From the sequence record KT919972.1: 64,000 nt of DNA; one strand, written 5' to 3'. The notes below the pieces were generated by a model. That model ran no database searches, was not told the DNA's origin, and saw only the letters and a program-made list of their open reading frames with translations. The stretch's first letter is position 1. Each line of letters starts with the position of its first letter. A program made the translations under genes and the position numbers. Below are positions 38,520 to 48,203 of the stretch, one piece after another.

Positions 38520-38933
38520 TTACAGACCGATTGCTAGTTTGAACAACTGAGACGCTTTACCACCATCGAAAACTTTACCTGTAGCTTTTAGAGCGCCCAT
38601 TAGTTTACCCATATCACGCATAGAATCAGCACCAGTTTCTAGAACAAAGTTAGAAACGAACGTGTCTAGATCTGATTCAGAGATCTTTGCAGGTAGTAGA
38701 GATTCAAGAACTGCGTTTTCTGCGTTCAGAATGTCTACATGGTCGCCTTGTGCGTGTTTAAGAGCAAGTTTGTTGTTGTCAATCGCGCTTGATATTACTT
38801 TGATGCAAGACTCGTCATCGTGTTTTTGACGACGGTCAAGTTCACCCATAATGACACCGAGTACAGACGCAACTGCGTTGTTACGGTCTTTACGAGCTTG
38901 TAGGCGTGTTGTTTTAATTGTTTCGATGATCAT
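38520..38933 (-). CDS. GatB/YqeY domain protein
   Basis: ARKDR....LGVIMGEL, E..VLESLLP..ISE and MRDMGKLMGALK...DG..ASQ motifs. Confidence 0.85.
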   Translation of the reverse strand: MIIETIKTTRLQARKDRNNAVASVLGVIMGELDRRQKHDDESCIKVISSAIDNNKLALKHAQGDHVDILNAENAVLESLLPAKISESDLDTFVSNFVLETGADSMRDMGKLMGALKATGKVFDGGKASQLFKLAIGL

Positions 38934-39343
38934 ACTATACCACTCTCAATTTTTCTGTTGTCAATAATGTGTTTGATTGTGAAGCCCATTTGACTAATGC
39001 CTTTCAAAGCTTCTTCGATGAATGATAACACATCTTTCATGTGTTGAAAAGTAGCAATTGCACGTTGAAGATATTCATCACCCGCAAGAGCATATTTCAT
39101 TTCACTCTTTTCTACGATGAAATCACAAACTTCATCGTCATGTTTGCCGCTATAAAAGAGCCAGCGGTCTTTTCTCACAGCTTCCATTTTCATTTCAGCT
39201 TTGATAAGTAGTTGTCTTGCATCGGCTCGGTATGCAAGCCACTTCGCATGAAGAACGGGAATTCGAATAGCTGCTGTTTCTAAAGCAGTTGTGTCAATTT
39301 TCACGTCTTCGTGATATTCAATTTTTAAATCTTGTAGCTTCAT
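38930..39343 (-). CDS. uvsY: UvsY recombination mediator
   Basis: DVKIDTTALE....IPVLHAKWL...RWLFYSGK...KGISQMGFTIKHIID.RK.ESG. Confidence 0.95.
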   Translation of the reverse strand: MKLQDLKIEYHEDVKIDTTALETAAIRIPVLHAKWLAYRADARQLLIKAEMKMEAVRKDRWLFYSGKHDDEVCDFIVEKSEMKYALAGDEYLQRAIATFQHMKDVLSFIEEALKGISQMGFTIKHIIDNRKIESGIV

Positions 39344-39401
39344 AATAACCTCGCGTCATCAAGTATACATTTCATCATTGGTTGCTTAAACACTAATCCC
39401 T

Positions 39402-39467
39402 CTAATACTTCTAATATCACTAAAACCACTAATACTACTAAGATGAGACGGAATTTTTCCGCCTCTT
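39402..39467 (-). repeat. 66-bp non-coding element, copy B (inverted repeat of 12561-12626)
   Basis: Exact reverse complement of copy A. CTAA at 39393, 39402, 39411, 39420, 39429 and 39438. Confidence 0.95.
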
Positions 39468-39488
39468 ACCGTTTTTCGCTTCGCGTAT

Positions 39489-39508
39489 AAAAAAAGCCCC
39501 GAAGGGCT
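39489..39508 (-). terminator. Intrinsic terminator after gene 35
   Basis: Minus strand AGCCC-TTCG-GGGCT followed by T7. Confidence 0.9.
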
Positions 39509-39511
39509 CTT

Positions 39512-42205
39512 TTATTTCATTGCAAAGTCGATTGCAGTGAAGTTGTCTTCAAACGAACTAGCAACATTGACTTCAGTAACAATTGGGAAAGCCCACATTA
39601 CTTGATTTTCAACGGCTGTTTCATCTTTGTATCGAAGTATCAACTTATCATCATCAGCATTCCATCTAAAAGACTTGTCTGCGTTTGTGGTGTAATAACC
39701 TACACCCTTTGATGTCTGATATGTCGGATCATCTTCTGGGTTTATTACACCGAAATAGTTGTTAAACTTATCAGCAAACGCTTGATGTTGTGCATCTGTC
39801 CAATCATGTGGTAGAATATACCCCTGCAATAAAACCCATTGATTGTTTGAAGCAGGAAACCCGTACACTCTGTCAACATTGATATATGTAGATGTTCGAC
39901 TACCGTCTGATAATCTCAGAGTTCTATAGTCACCAGATGAATTCTTGACACGTACACTGAAATATAAGAAGCTATTTTGCTTGTCTATAGCATTAACCCA
40001 TAACGATAAGAAGTATGGTCGAGATGGGTCGATTGATACTTCTTGCATTTCAATCGGAGATGATGAGCCTGCTGTACGTGTGAAACACTTTTCACCGCCT
40101 GAAAGCACATAATTACCCCATTGAACGTTGTCAATTTCTTGTACTGGCATATTAATACCTGCATACAAGTTTGAATCTGCGTTATATGCTCGCCACCAGC
40201 TATCGTCATCAACTACGTTACCTGTAATCGGTGAATTGACAATCTCTTGAGCAGCGATACCGTTTATGTTCGAAATCATATGAGGTATACCACTCGGGGT
40301 TGACATTCCGCCTTTAGTCAATATGACGTAATCAAAGTACTCTGGTTGTAAGTTAGACCAAACTGCAAATTTAACTGCACCTGTTGGTACTTGTACGAAA
40401 AATTCTTGAGTTTCTTTTTTCTCTGCACTGTAAAAATGAATATTCTGCCTGCCGACTTCATCGCCAACTACGTTGTAGAATCGAAGATTCGCCATTTTGT
40501 CTTCATTTGCGATTGCTGAATTTCGATCAATACATGCACGAGCTTTGTAAATCAAGTACTGTCCGTCTATCACGCCATAATCTGAAAGAAGTTGACGTGT
40601 ATCAGTAGGAACAGTCATTGTTTCGATTAGAGGAATTCCGTACCCGTTTGAACCAATCCCTGCTTTATCTTCGAATGCAGTATCAACAACACTGTCACCG
40701 TCAGATTCATGGTCGAACATACAACGATCATATACAATACCTAATTGACCTGTACCGAATGCACAGTAACTATAACTGTATTGACTGAAGTAAGAGCTAG
40801 CGCGATACTCAATCGGGTGATACTGTTGAATTGCAGCATCTACCGCAGAATCTGCGTACATTGACCCATTTGATAGAATAACAAACGGCTCTGTTGTTAA
40901 CCCGTTCAGACCGTTGATGAAGTTGCTACGTTCTGTAGAACTACTCAGAAGATATTTTCTATTAGTTTTGACTGTCATATCGTCGTTGAATATAATCAAA
41001 CGAACTTGATATTGTTGTTTAGCTTCGGGTGTGAATACGCTAACATCGTTTATATAACATGATGCTAGGTTTGAACTTCCGTCCGCGACCCCTGTTGCTA
41101 ACAGTCTGATATTATTGTTTGAAAAATCTCTGATATGTCTAGCTGACACTTCATATTCACCGATTCTAGAACCAACAGGAGCATATACCCACAATTCAGC
41201 TTGATTAACGTTTATACCAGGTCCCGGGAATGTAGTAGCCCCGTCTGGCCAAGAACGTTTTGCACCAATAGCCCAATACCAATTTGATATGTCAACTGAA
41301 CCATCAGCGAACGTACTGGCTGAAACGCTATATTCTATTCCACCCCAATCATTTGCAGTGCTTTCGATGTAAATCGGTTCATAGCCTCTAACGCCGCGAG
41401 TTGTAGCGTCGTAATCGCCAGTATAGTTTTTGACGATTTGCGAGTCTGTAATCATGAAGTTTGTAAGCCAACGCTTACCTGTTGGTAATTTACCTGTATC
41501 AGTTGTATAACAACAATACCAGTACATGCTACTCGATGAAAGAGTACTAGGCGTTGTGAAACGAGCATAATGACGCTTCCAAAGAATCCCGTCAATTATC
41601 AACTCGTTTCCTGCCGATTCAAACACATCACCCGCAGTATGTTCGCCTAATGTATAGTCATTATTTGAGCCATCATACCAACGAGCGTGAAATATAGCTG
41701 CCGTATCGTGATCAGTGTCTACTTCATACCCAACCCAACATGATAATGTATATGTTTTATTTGGTAGTAAACGTGATTGTGGAACTTGAAAACGTAATTG
41801 ATCTTCTAGTGCCGCAGTCGGTTGCTCAACGACGTATTTTGATGACCCTGGGTTTTCTTTCTCAACAATAACCCAAGAACCGATTTTTGCATTTTGTTCA
41901 GTGACGTATTCCCCACCCGCTAAGTTACCGTTTGTAAGATATTGACCTACATCAATAGCTGCAAAGTTACTGCTTTGCTTCCAAATGTTTGTTACATCTA
42001 ATTCTGGGTAATGAAGCTTGAATTGGAATTTGCCGTCTTCACGGCGAAATTCCTCAAGTGAGTTCAACGCACTGAATTTTTGTTCAACGTCGGGATCTGT
42101 CCCGACGCTGCGTGCTTCAGCATCGGAGGTGAAAAACACACCTCCTGTTGAATCATGGCGAAAGATTAATAGCCAATCGCCGTCACGTTTAAGTCTTTCG
42201 TACAT
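39512..42205 (-). CDS. gp35: Long tail fibre hinge gp35-like protein with N- and C-terminal extensions
   Basis: Directly downstream of gp34. The central region (YSYCAF...DTAFEDKAGIGSNGY) resembles T4 gp35 (VSYAAF...DVVFDSLEDVGATGF). 897 aa. Confidence 0.72.
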   Translation of the reverse strand: MYERLKRDGDWLLIFRHDSTGGVFFTSDAEARSVGTDPDVEQKFSALNSLEEFRREDGKFQFKLHYPELDVTNIWKQSSNFAAIDVGQYLTNGNLAGGEYVTEQNAKIGSWVIVEKENPGSSKYVVEQPTAALEDQLRFQVPQSRLLPNKTYTLSCWVGYEVDTDHDTAAIFHARWYDGSNNDYTLGEHTAGDVFESAGNELIIDGILWKRHYARFTTPSTLSSSSMYWYCCYTTDTGKLPTGKRWLTNFMITDSQIVKNYTGDYDATTRGVRGYEPIYIESTANDWGGIEYSVSASTFADGSVDISNWYWAIGAKRSWPDGATTFPGPGINVNQAELWVYAPVGSRIGEYEVSARHIRDFSNNNIRLLATGVADGSSNLASCYINDVSVFTPEAKQQYQVRLIIFNDDMTVKTNRKYLLSSSTERSNFINGLNGLTTEPFVILSNGSMYADSAVDAAIQQYHPIEYRASSYFSQYSYSYCAFGTGQLGIVYDRCMFDHESDGDSVVDTAFEDKAGIGSNGYGIPLIETMTVPTDTRQLLSDYGVIDGQYLIYKARACIDRNSAIANEDKMANLRFYNVVGDEVGRQNIHFYSAEKKETQEFFVQVPTGAVKFAVWSNLQPEYFDYVILTKGGMSTPSGIPHMISNINGIAAQEIVNSPITGNVVDDDSWWRAYNADSNLYAGINMPVQEIDNVQWGNYVLSGGEKCFTRTAGSSSPIEMQEVSIDPSRPYFLSLWVNAIDKQNSFLYFSVRVKNSSGDYRTLRLSDGSRTSTYINVDRVYGFPASNNQWVLLQGYILPHDWTDAQHQAFADKFNNYFGVINPEDDPTYQTSKGVGYYTTNADKSFRWNADDDKLILRYKDETAVENQVMWAFPIVTEVNVASSFEDNFTAIDFAMK

Positions 42206-42213
42206 AAATCACC

Positions 42214-45200
42214 TTATATAGCGTGTCCGTACGTAAACTCCAACACGCCTTGATTATTAGTTGACATTCTTACAGAACCAACTTGAATGTAGTCTCTGTA
42301 TTTAACGCTCTCACCTGTACCACCGTCTGGCGTGAACAAGTCGATACGCTCAGATAGAGTCTTACCAGCACCAGCCGATAGAGCTTGGTGTGGGTCTGAA
42401 GCATTCACTGGGTCTGCTGTACGCACGTCACTTGTTACTTGTACAATACCTGAATTCGTGCGGCTTGATTTGCGCAAACGATCATTGTTAATTGTACCAG
42501 TTGTGATGTTCTCACCTGAGTGAGCGTGACTATAATCGTTAACTTGAATGTTTGAAGTAACGTTTCCGCTACCATCTAACGTAAAGTTACCGGACAAGTC
42601 GCCAGTGAACGTCACTGTACGCGCTGTAACCCACTTCTCAGAAGCTTTAGCCACGTTGTTAATACCCAAGTACTTGCTACGAAGTGAACCTGTTGCAGGG
42701 CTTGAATAAGTCCCGTATGTTGCATCAACGTTTGCGCTTGCTTCGTTTTCAGTGATACTTGAACCTGCTGTTATCGTGCTGTCAGTTGTCAATGCACCGT
42801 AAACGTTAGTATTACCGTTATTAGCTACTCTAAGCAACCAGTTGTCAACCCCATCAGTAAACCCGACCTTGCCAGACTGGTAGTAAAGCTCAAGCGTGCT
42901 GTTTGCATCAGTCGTATCAGTGAATTCGATTCGAGGGTTTGCGCCCTGAATTTTAATTTCATTCTCTGTGAATGTGTAAACACCTGAGATAGTATCTGAA
43001 ACGTCACTGCGTGCAAATTGTGTACTGTTCAAGCCATCTAGTAATTCTGAGTCATCAGCTTTAGCGTTTAATGGCAAGTAGTTACGCAATGCATAGTGTA
43101 ACCCGTAAGGTGATACTGCATATGGAACGCGCAAGTACGAAGTATATGCTTGCGTTGAACCGTCTGTGCTGTTACCTACGAACGTTTCTGCTGGCGTTGC
43201 AATTTGTACATTACCGTATCGAGCTTCATTTGCACGTGAACTATCAGAGTATCTAGTCCAGTGAAGCAAATCACTAGGGGTAACAACAATTTCAGTACTT
43301 GCCGTAGCCGATTCTACTTCAGCTTGAGTTGCAAGACGTACAATACCAGTTTGTGTTTCTGTAGCACGACGCGCATTTAACTTCTGTGGTGTGATTATTA
43401 CATCATCAAGCGCACCAGTTTGAGCATTCGCTTCTGCTTGAGTCGCAACTTGTAGTGTACCACGTTGTGTTTCAGTCGCTGACGCGATGCTGAATGTAAC
43501 GTCGCCCCATACTGTACCGGTATGCGATAGACCATCTGTTCCTGCTGTCACGAAATGATCACGGTCAAGCCATGTCTTCAGTTTAAGTGGTGAAACAATA
43601 CGAGTATCGTCTGTACCTGAGTCAACTTCAGTTTGGGTTGCGATTTCAGCAACACCACGACGTGATTCAGTTGCTGTTCTGCTATTCAACGTTTCTGGTG
43701 TGATGAAGACTGTTGTCCACGATTCACCAGTTCCTGTTGTTGCATTTGCTTCAGACTGTGTAGCAGAACGAGCAATACCACGAACCGTTGAGCTTGCTTT
43801 CCACGCTGCTAATTTCTTAGGCGTGATGATCGCGTTATCAACTGTTGAGTCGTTGATGCGAAGTTCACTACTCTTAGCAACCCATAATGTACCAGGTTGA
43901 TTCTCTGTAGCGCGATACTCATCAAGCATTTTAGGCGTTACGATACGCAGATGATCAGTTTTATCATATACTGTATTGTCAATACCATTTACTGAACGGT
44001 CTGAACGCATATTCGCTGTTGATGTAACAATACCACCAGCATTGATGTTGTTCGACGCTTCGACAAGTTTTGCAACACCTGTTAGATCTTCTTCAGCTTG
44101 TGCAGCGTGGAATTTCATCGGTGTTAGAACTTGAATATCGTTAGTTGTGCTTCGCGTCTCGTTTTGAGTTGCGATTTCAACTACACCGCGACGTGTTTCA
44201 GTTGCTGTACGCGCATTCAAGCTACGTGGTGTTATGAACAGGTCATGTCTGAAGTTTGTATCTGGGTAACGAACAAACGTGCCAGAACGCGATTCTTCAA
44301 GTGCTTCATCAGTTCCAAGTGTAGCAACACGAGCCATACCAACTTGCTGTTCACCTGCACGACGAGCGTCAAGCGTCTCTACCGTGATTACGTGGTCTTT
44401 CAGTGGGTTTTGATCAGCCCAAGGGTCTGCTGCATCTTCAGGGTGCGCATATTCAATCCCGTGTGCTAGAGCTTCCGTTGGGTCAGCTAATGGCACGATA
44501 CCCGGGCGTTTACGGTATAGTTCATCAGCGATATCGATACGAGTCGCGATGTTACCGAACGACCATACTTTACGACTCGCGTCGTAGTATAGAACTAGTG
44601 AATAACCGCTGTCATAATCACTAATTTCGAATGATTCAACGAAGAATGGAACGAAATCAACGTAATGACGGTATTTTTGATAACGATATGTTTCAAAGTC
44701 CAAGAATACTTTGTATTCATCGGGACCGTGACCTGGGTCATCATCACCGAAATTCGGGTGAACTTGAATCGTTACTTTCTTATGAGCTGTTTTGTTGTGT
44801 GAGATCTCAATCCAGTCACCATCGGCTGGTTTTTCTGGTAGTGTGATCGTCATTGCAGGAACAGCATCTGCGATTTCGATAGCGTAACGAGAACGAGGCT
44901 TCAATTCAACCGCGCTTGAATCCCCGACATAGTTCCATAAATGCGGGTTGTTCGCGATTGTGATTACCCATACGCCAGTACCGTTATCATCGATAAATGT
45001 GATATCAGCGCCGCCGATAGTATCAAGACTGATAACAGAACTACGTTCGCCTGAAATAGGGTCTTGAATAACCTGACCCGTAGCAGTCGGGTTCACACCG
45101 ATTTGAATCGACGTTTGATTCTCAAGATACGCAACATCTTTAAGATGAATTGTATCGCCCACGTTCGGGTTCAGTGGTACAGAAATTGCAATTTTCTTAA

Positions 45201-45897
45201 CTGAACCGTCATATGTGACTGTCTCGCCAACGTTAGTGAAATAACCACCAGTTGATAAGTACCCACCCTGTTGAGTTGGGTGACTGTCGTCGATATACGT
45301 ATTGTATAACTCTTGATTGATCTGATATGTCCATGCAATACCGTTGTACACTAAGAATATAGTGCTGTTAGGGGTATTGAATGAAATACTCGGTTTAGAC
45401 TCAATTGAACCGTCAATGCCGTAATGTTGAATCGTCAAGCCGCCCGCTGCTGCAATCGTACAAGGGTAAGTTGTAAGAACGCCTTTACCGTCTTTGATTG
45501 TAACTGTGTCACCTGTTAATGGTGTTTCAGGCAGTGTAATAGTGATTGCCGAGCTTGCTGTTAACAACAAGAAGTCACCGACGTTTGCGCCTACCGATGA
45601 ATCAGTATCTTCCCATTCAGGGTCGGTACGCATTTTCTGCCACTTCTGCGAGTCAAAAGGTTCAGGTGCATTGATTTCGGTAATGTTTTTGTATAGACGT
45701 TGATTGAACTCAACGATAAAGTCTACTTTATAGTGATCTCGTGTTGGGTCATACTCTTGAACAGTGTTCTCTTCAATAAAGTAGCCTTGGTTAATACCGT
45801 CGAACAATTCATTTGCTCGTGGGTCTGCTACGTTAATGACATTCTGACCACTTGCATCAAGACCTGACGCACGAAATGCTCTGCGGAATTCTGACAT
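42214..45897 (-). CDS. gp34: Long tail fibre proximal subunit gp34
   Basis: MSEFRRAFRASGLDASGQNVINVA...ENTVQEYDPTR as in T4 gp34, with ATETRRGVVEIATQ repeats. Start ATG 45897 follows AGGAG. Confidence 0.96.
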   Translation of the reverse strand: MSEFRRAFRASGLDASGQNVINVADPRANELFDGINQGYFIEENTVQEYDPTRDHYKVDFIVEFNQRLYKNITEINAPEPFDSQKWQKMRTDPEWEDTDSSVGANVGDFLLLTASSAITITLPETPLTGDTVTIKDGKGVLTTYPCTIAAAGGLTIQHYGIDGSIESKPSISFNTPNSTIFLVYNGIAWTYQINQELYNTYIDDSHPTQQGGYLSTGGYFTNVGETVTYDGSVKKIAISVPLNPNVGDTIHLKDVAYLENQTSIQIGVNPTATGQVIQDPISGERSSVISLDTIGGADITFIDDNGTGVWVITIANNPHLWNYVGDSSAVELKPRSRYAIEIADAVPAMTITLPEKPADGDWIEISHNKTAHKKVTIQVHPNFGDDDPGHGPDEYKVFLDFETYRYQKYRHYVDFVPFFVESFEISDYDSGYSLVLYYDASRKVWSFGNIATRIDIADELYRKRPGIVPLADPTEALAHGIEYAHPEDAADPWADQNPLKDHVITVETLDARRAGEQQVGMARVATLGTDEALEESRSGTFVRYPDTNFRHDLFITPRSLNARTATETRRGVVEIATQNETRSTTNDIQVLTPMKFHAAQAEEDLTGVAKLVEASNNINAGGIVTSTANMRSDRSVNGIDNTVYDKTDHLRIVTPKMLDEYRATENQPGTLWVAKSSELRINDSTVDNAIITPKKLAAWKASSTVRGIARSATQSEANATTGTGESWTTVFITPETLNSRTATESRRGVAEIATQTEVDSGTDDTRIVSPLKLKTWLDRDHFVTAGTDGLSHTGTVWGDVTFSIASATETQRGTLQVATQAEANAQTGALDDVIITPQKLNARRATETQTGIVRLATQAEVESATASTEIVVTPSDLLHWTRYSDSSRANEARYGNVQIATPAETFVGNSTDGSTQAYTSYLRVPYAVSPYGLHYALRNYLPLNAKADDSELLDGLNSTQFARSDVSDTISGVYTFTENEIKIQGANPRIEFTDTTDANSTLELYYQSGKVGFTDGVDNWLLRVANNGNTNVYGALTTDSTITAGSSITENEASANVDATYGTYSSPATGSLRSKYLGINNVAKASEKWVTARTVTFTGDLSGNFTLDGSGNVTSNIQVNDYSHAHSGENITTGTINNDRLRKSSRTNSGIVQVTSDVRTADPVNASDPHQALSAGAGKTLSERIDLFTPDGGTGESVKYRDYIQVGSVRMSTNNQGVLEFTYGHAI

Positions 45898-45937
45898 TTC
45901 ATTGCTCCTTTGTTTAGATATGCAATTCGCTATGATA

Positions 45938-45945
45938 TATTTAGA
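45938..45945 (-). promoter_or_regulatory. Putative late promoter variant TCTAAATA (gene 34)
   Basis: Minus strand, 40 nt upstream of the gp34 ATG. No canonical TATAAATA in this intergenic region. Confidence 0.68.
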
Positions 45946-45975
45946 CACACGATATAAACATATAGGAAACGACAC

Positions 45976-46908
45976 ATGAGTTTAGAGGGGTTCTTCAAGC
46001 GAAAGACAAAATCGTTTGATGGTATGCCAGCGGGTGTTAATCTCGTTGACTTCAGTCAGATTGTCTTGAGTACAATCATGGCAACATACAAACCGACTGA
46101 TCTATTAACAGTTGATTTGATTCGTCATATCGTTCTTAATACGCTACGTAGTAACGTGCTAAAGAACAAACTCAAATACCCGCGTATTATCTTGTGTATT
46201 GATAACGGTAAAGGCGGTTATTGGCGCAAGAAAGAAGCTTGGTACTACAAATACAAACGTAGTGAGCAGCGTGATGACTCTGGCTGGGATTTCGAAACGA
46301 TTTTCAATGCAATGGCGCAGATTAAAGAAGAAATCAAAGAAAACATGCCGTATTACGTAATGGACATTGAAGGCGTTGAAGCCGATGACCATATTGGTGT
46401 TTTGACTAATTATTACGTGAGTAAAAACGTTCCAGTTTTGATTACTTCTTCAGATGGTGACTTTACTCAGTTACACACAAGCAAGCTTGTACGTCAATGG
46501 TCTCCGATTCAGAAGAAATGGGTCAAGCCGAAGCATGGTTCACCAGAAATGGACATCATGTTTAAATGCATCAAAGGTGATAAAAAAGACGGTATTGCAC
46601 CGTTGAAAGCGCCGAATGATCACTACACACATGGCGATGGTCGTCGTGCACCATCTGTTCGCAAAGAAGAGTTGCGCACGCTAATGACATCAACGCCAGA
46701 TGAGCTTAAAAAGCTCTTAACTGAAGAGCAATTTGCTCGTTATGAAGAAAACAGAAAATTGTTAGATTTTGCGTTTATTCCTAAGAATATCAGTGATAGC
46801 ATAATCGAACAGTTTGAAGCGCAGAAGCCAGCGCCTAGAAGTAAAATCATGATGTATTTTGCTTCTAAGAAGTTAGATAAGCTTATTGAAAGCATGAGCG
46901 AATTCTAA
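45976..46908 (+). CDS. rnh: RNase H / 5'-3' exonuclease
   Basis: LVDFSQI, YWRKK...YK..R, EADDHIG, SSDGDFTQLH and KGDKKDGIA motifs. Confidence 0.97.
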   Translation: MSLEGFFKRKTKSFDGMPAGVNLVDFSQIVLSTIMATYKPTDLLTVDLIRHIVLNTLRSNVLKNKLKYPRIILCIDNGKGGYWRKKEAWYYKYKRSEQRDDSGWDFETIFNAMAQIKEEIKENMPYYVMDIEGVEADDHIGVLTNYYVSKNVPVLITSSDGDFTQLHTSKLVRQWSPIQKKWVKPKHGSPEMDIMFKCIKGDKKDGIAPLKAPNDHYTHGDGRRAPSVRKEELRTLMTSTPDELKKLLTEEQFARYEENRKLLDFAFIPKNISDSIIEQFEAQKPAPRSKIMMYFASKKLDKLIESMSEF

Positions 46909-46915
46909 AAAAATT

Positions 46916-46944
46916 GTTTAGAACAACATGTGCTGCTGTATAAT
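46916..46944 (+). promoter_or_regulatory. Promoter upstream of dsbA (GTTTAG-17-TATAAT)
   Basis: Consensus -10 and a T4-early-like -35. The -10 is flanked by inverted repeat TGCTGCT/AGCAGCA. Confidence 0.65.
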
Positions 46945-46990
46945 GAGCAGCACGAAACAACGACATTGAACAAAACATATTGAGGTAACG

Positions 46991-47272
46991 ATGGACATTC
47001 TTGAATACGAAACAATCTCTACTCCGCAAGATAAGCAAGAAGTAGTTAACATGGTTAAAGAAGCGTCTGCTTCCATGTTGCGCATTGATTCTGAACGCGA
47101 TCTAATGAAAGACATTGCGAATCGCGCAAAAGAAGAGTTCGAAATCAAACCTGCCGATTTCAACAAAGTTGTGAAGATGTATCACAAACAAAACCGCCAA
47201 GAAGAACAGGCGAAGTATGAAAAGGTAGACAATCTATACGAGAAGCTTTTTGACGATGCAGATGATGAATAA
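46991..47272 (+). CDS. dsbA: Double-stranded DNA binding protein DsbA
   Basis: VKEAS....RID.ER..MKDI..RAKEEF...FNKVVKMYHKQ. Synteny rnh-dsbA-33-59-32. Confidence 0.92.
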   Translation: MDILEYETISTPQDKQEVVNMVKEASASMLRIDSERDLMKDIANRAKEEFEIKPADFNKVVKMYHKQNRQEEQAKYEKVDNLYEKLFDDADDE

Positions 47273-47558
47273 AGACAACTACGTTTTAAAAGAAGAGCTT
47301 GGTGATTTAGTTCCGCCTATTAAAGGCAGTCTTAGACAGCAAATCTCTCTAGAAATTGAAGAGATTTATAATAGCTGTCCCGCCATGACCTATCTTGAAG
47401 CGTGTCTGTTCTTCATTGAGCAATACGATTACGACATTAGTCGCTTCCCGTATCTGATTAATCAGACGTTGAAAGACAAAATTGAGACTGAGGCGATAAA
47501 TGAAAAGACTATTAGAAGTCGATTTGGTTCTGCCTCGGACTTGGGTCAATGGGTATAG
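47262..47558 (+). CDS. gp33: Late transcription coactivator gp33
   Basis: TYLEAC..FIE...I...LKDKIETEAINEKTIR motif and synteny. Start uncertain (47250/47262/47265). Confidence 0.9.
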   Translation: MMNKDNYVLKEELGDLVPPIKGSLRQQISLEIEEIYNSCPAMTYLEACLFFIEQYDYDISRFPYLINQTLKDKIETEAINEKTIRSRFGSASDLGQWV

Positions 47559-48153
47559 CGTATTTCGTGTTTATTGTGCTGTAAAGGCGCATATGGGCGG
47601 AAAGTACGACATCTCCAAGTATAAACTCGGAATGAAAACACCTAGATCTGCGTTCGAGAAGCGTTCAGATAAGGTGTTTTTTGAACGGCTAGCCAAACGG
47701 CTAACATTGAATGATTGCTATCAGTTGCTTGTTAGTAACTTAGCAGCGAACCCCAATGCGATTTCTTATGAGATTGCAGGTGCTGACGCTCATGAATTCT
47801 GGTTGAAACATACGGGATTTATGGAAATTTACAGTCAACACTACAAAAATGAACTACTTTCGATTTTTACTCTTATAAATAGAGAGAATAAAAAATTCAA
47901 AGATTTGTTTAGAGGCGAAGGGCATCCCGTTATAATGCAACTCGTGTTACGAAATACTATCTCAATTGAGACGTTCGTAATTCTGAATAGATTATTGAAC
48001 TTCGTACCTGTAATCGACAAAGATTACGGAGACGATATCTTCTGGCACGAGTTCAAGACACGAGCTTTAGCATACGATAAGTTGCTGAAAATCGACGAAG
48101 TTCTTGCTAAAGAAATGTTTATTCAAATAAAAAATCAAAGTAAAATACAATAA
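47500..48153 (+). CDS. gp59: Helicase loader gp59
   Basis: VNGYSVFRVY..VKAHMGGKYDISKY and ISIETFVILNRLLNF motifs. Confidence 0.94.
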   Translation: MKRLLEVDLVLPRTWVNGYSVFRVYCAVKAHMGGKYDISKYKLGMKTPRSAFEKRSDKVFFERLAKRLTLNDCYQLLVSNLAANPNAISYEIAGADAHEFWLKHTGFMEIYSQHYKNELLSIFTLINRENKKFKDLFRGEGHPVIMQLVLRNTISIETFVILNRLLNFVPVIDKDYGDDIFWHEFKTRALAYDKLLKIDEVLAKEMFIQIKNQSKIQ

Positions 48154-48203
48154 CACACTATACGATACTATATCATACTATAAAATACAAGGTAAAATAC
48201 AAT

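Noticed and set aside
43100-44400. Repeated ATETxRG...EIATQ.E units in gp34
   Set aside because: These are the normal triple-beta repeat units of T4 gp34/gp12 shafts, not a novel repeat or array.
45610-45780. CBM-like aromatic segment near the gp34 N-terminus
   Set aside because: The equivalent segment is present in T4 gp34, so it is not unusual.
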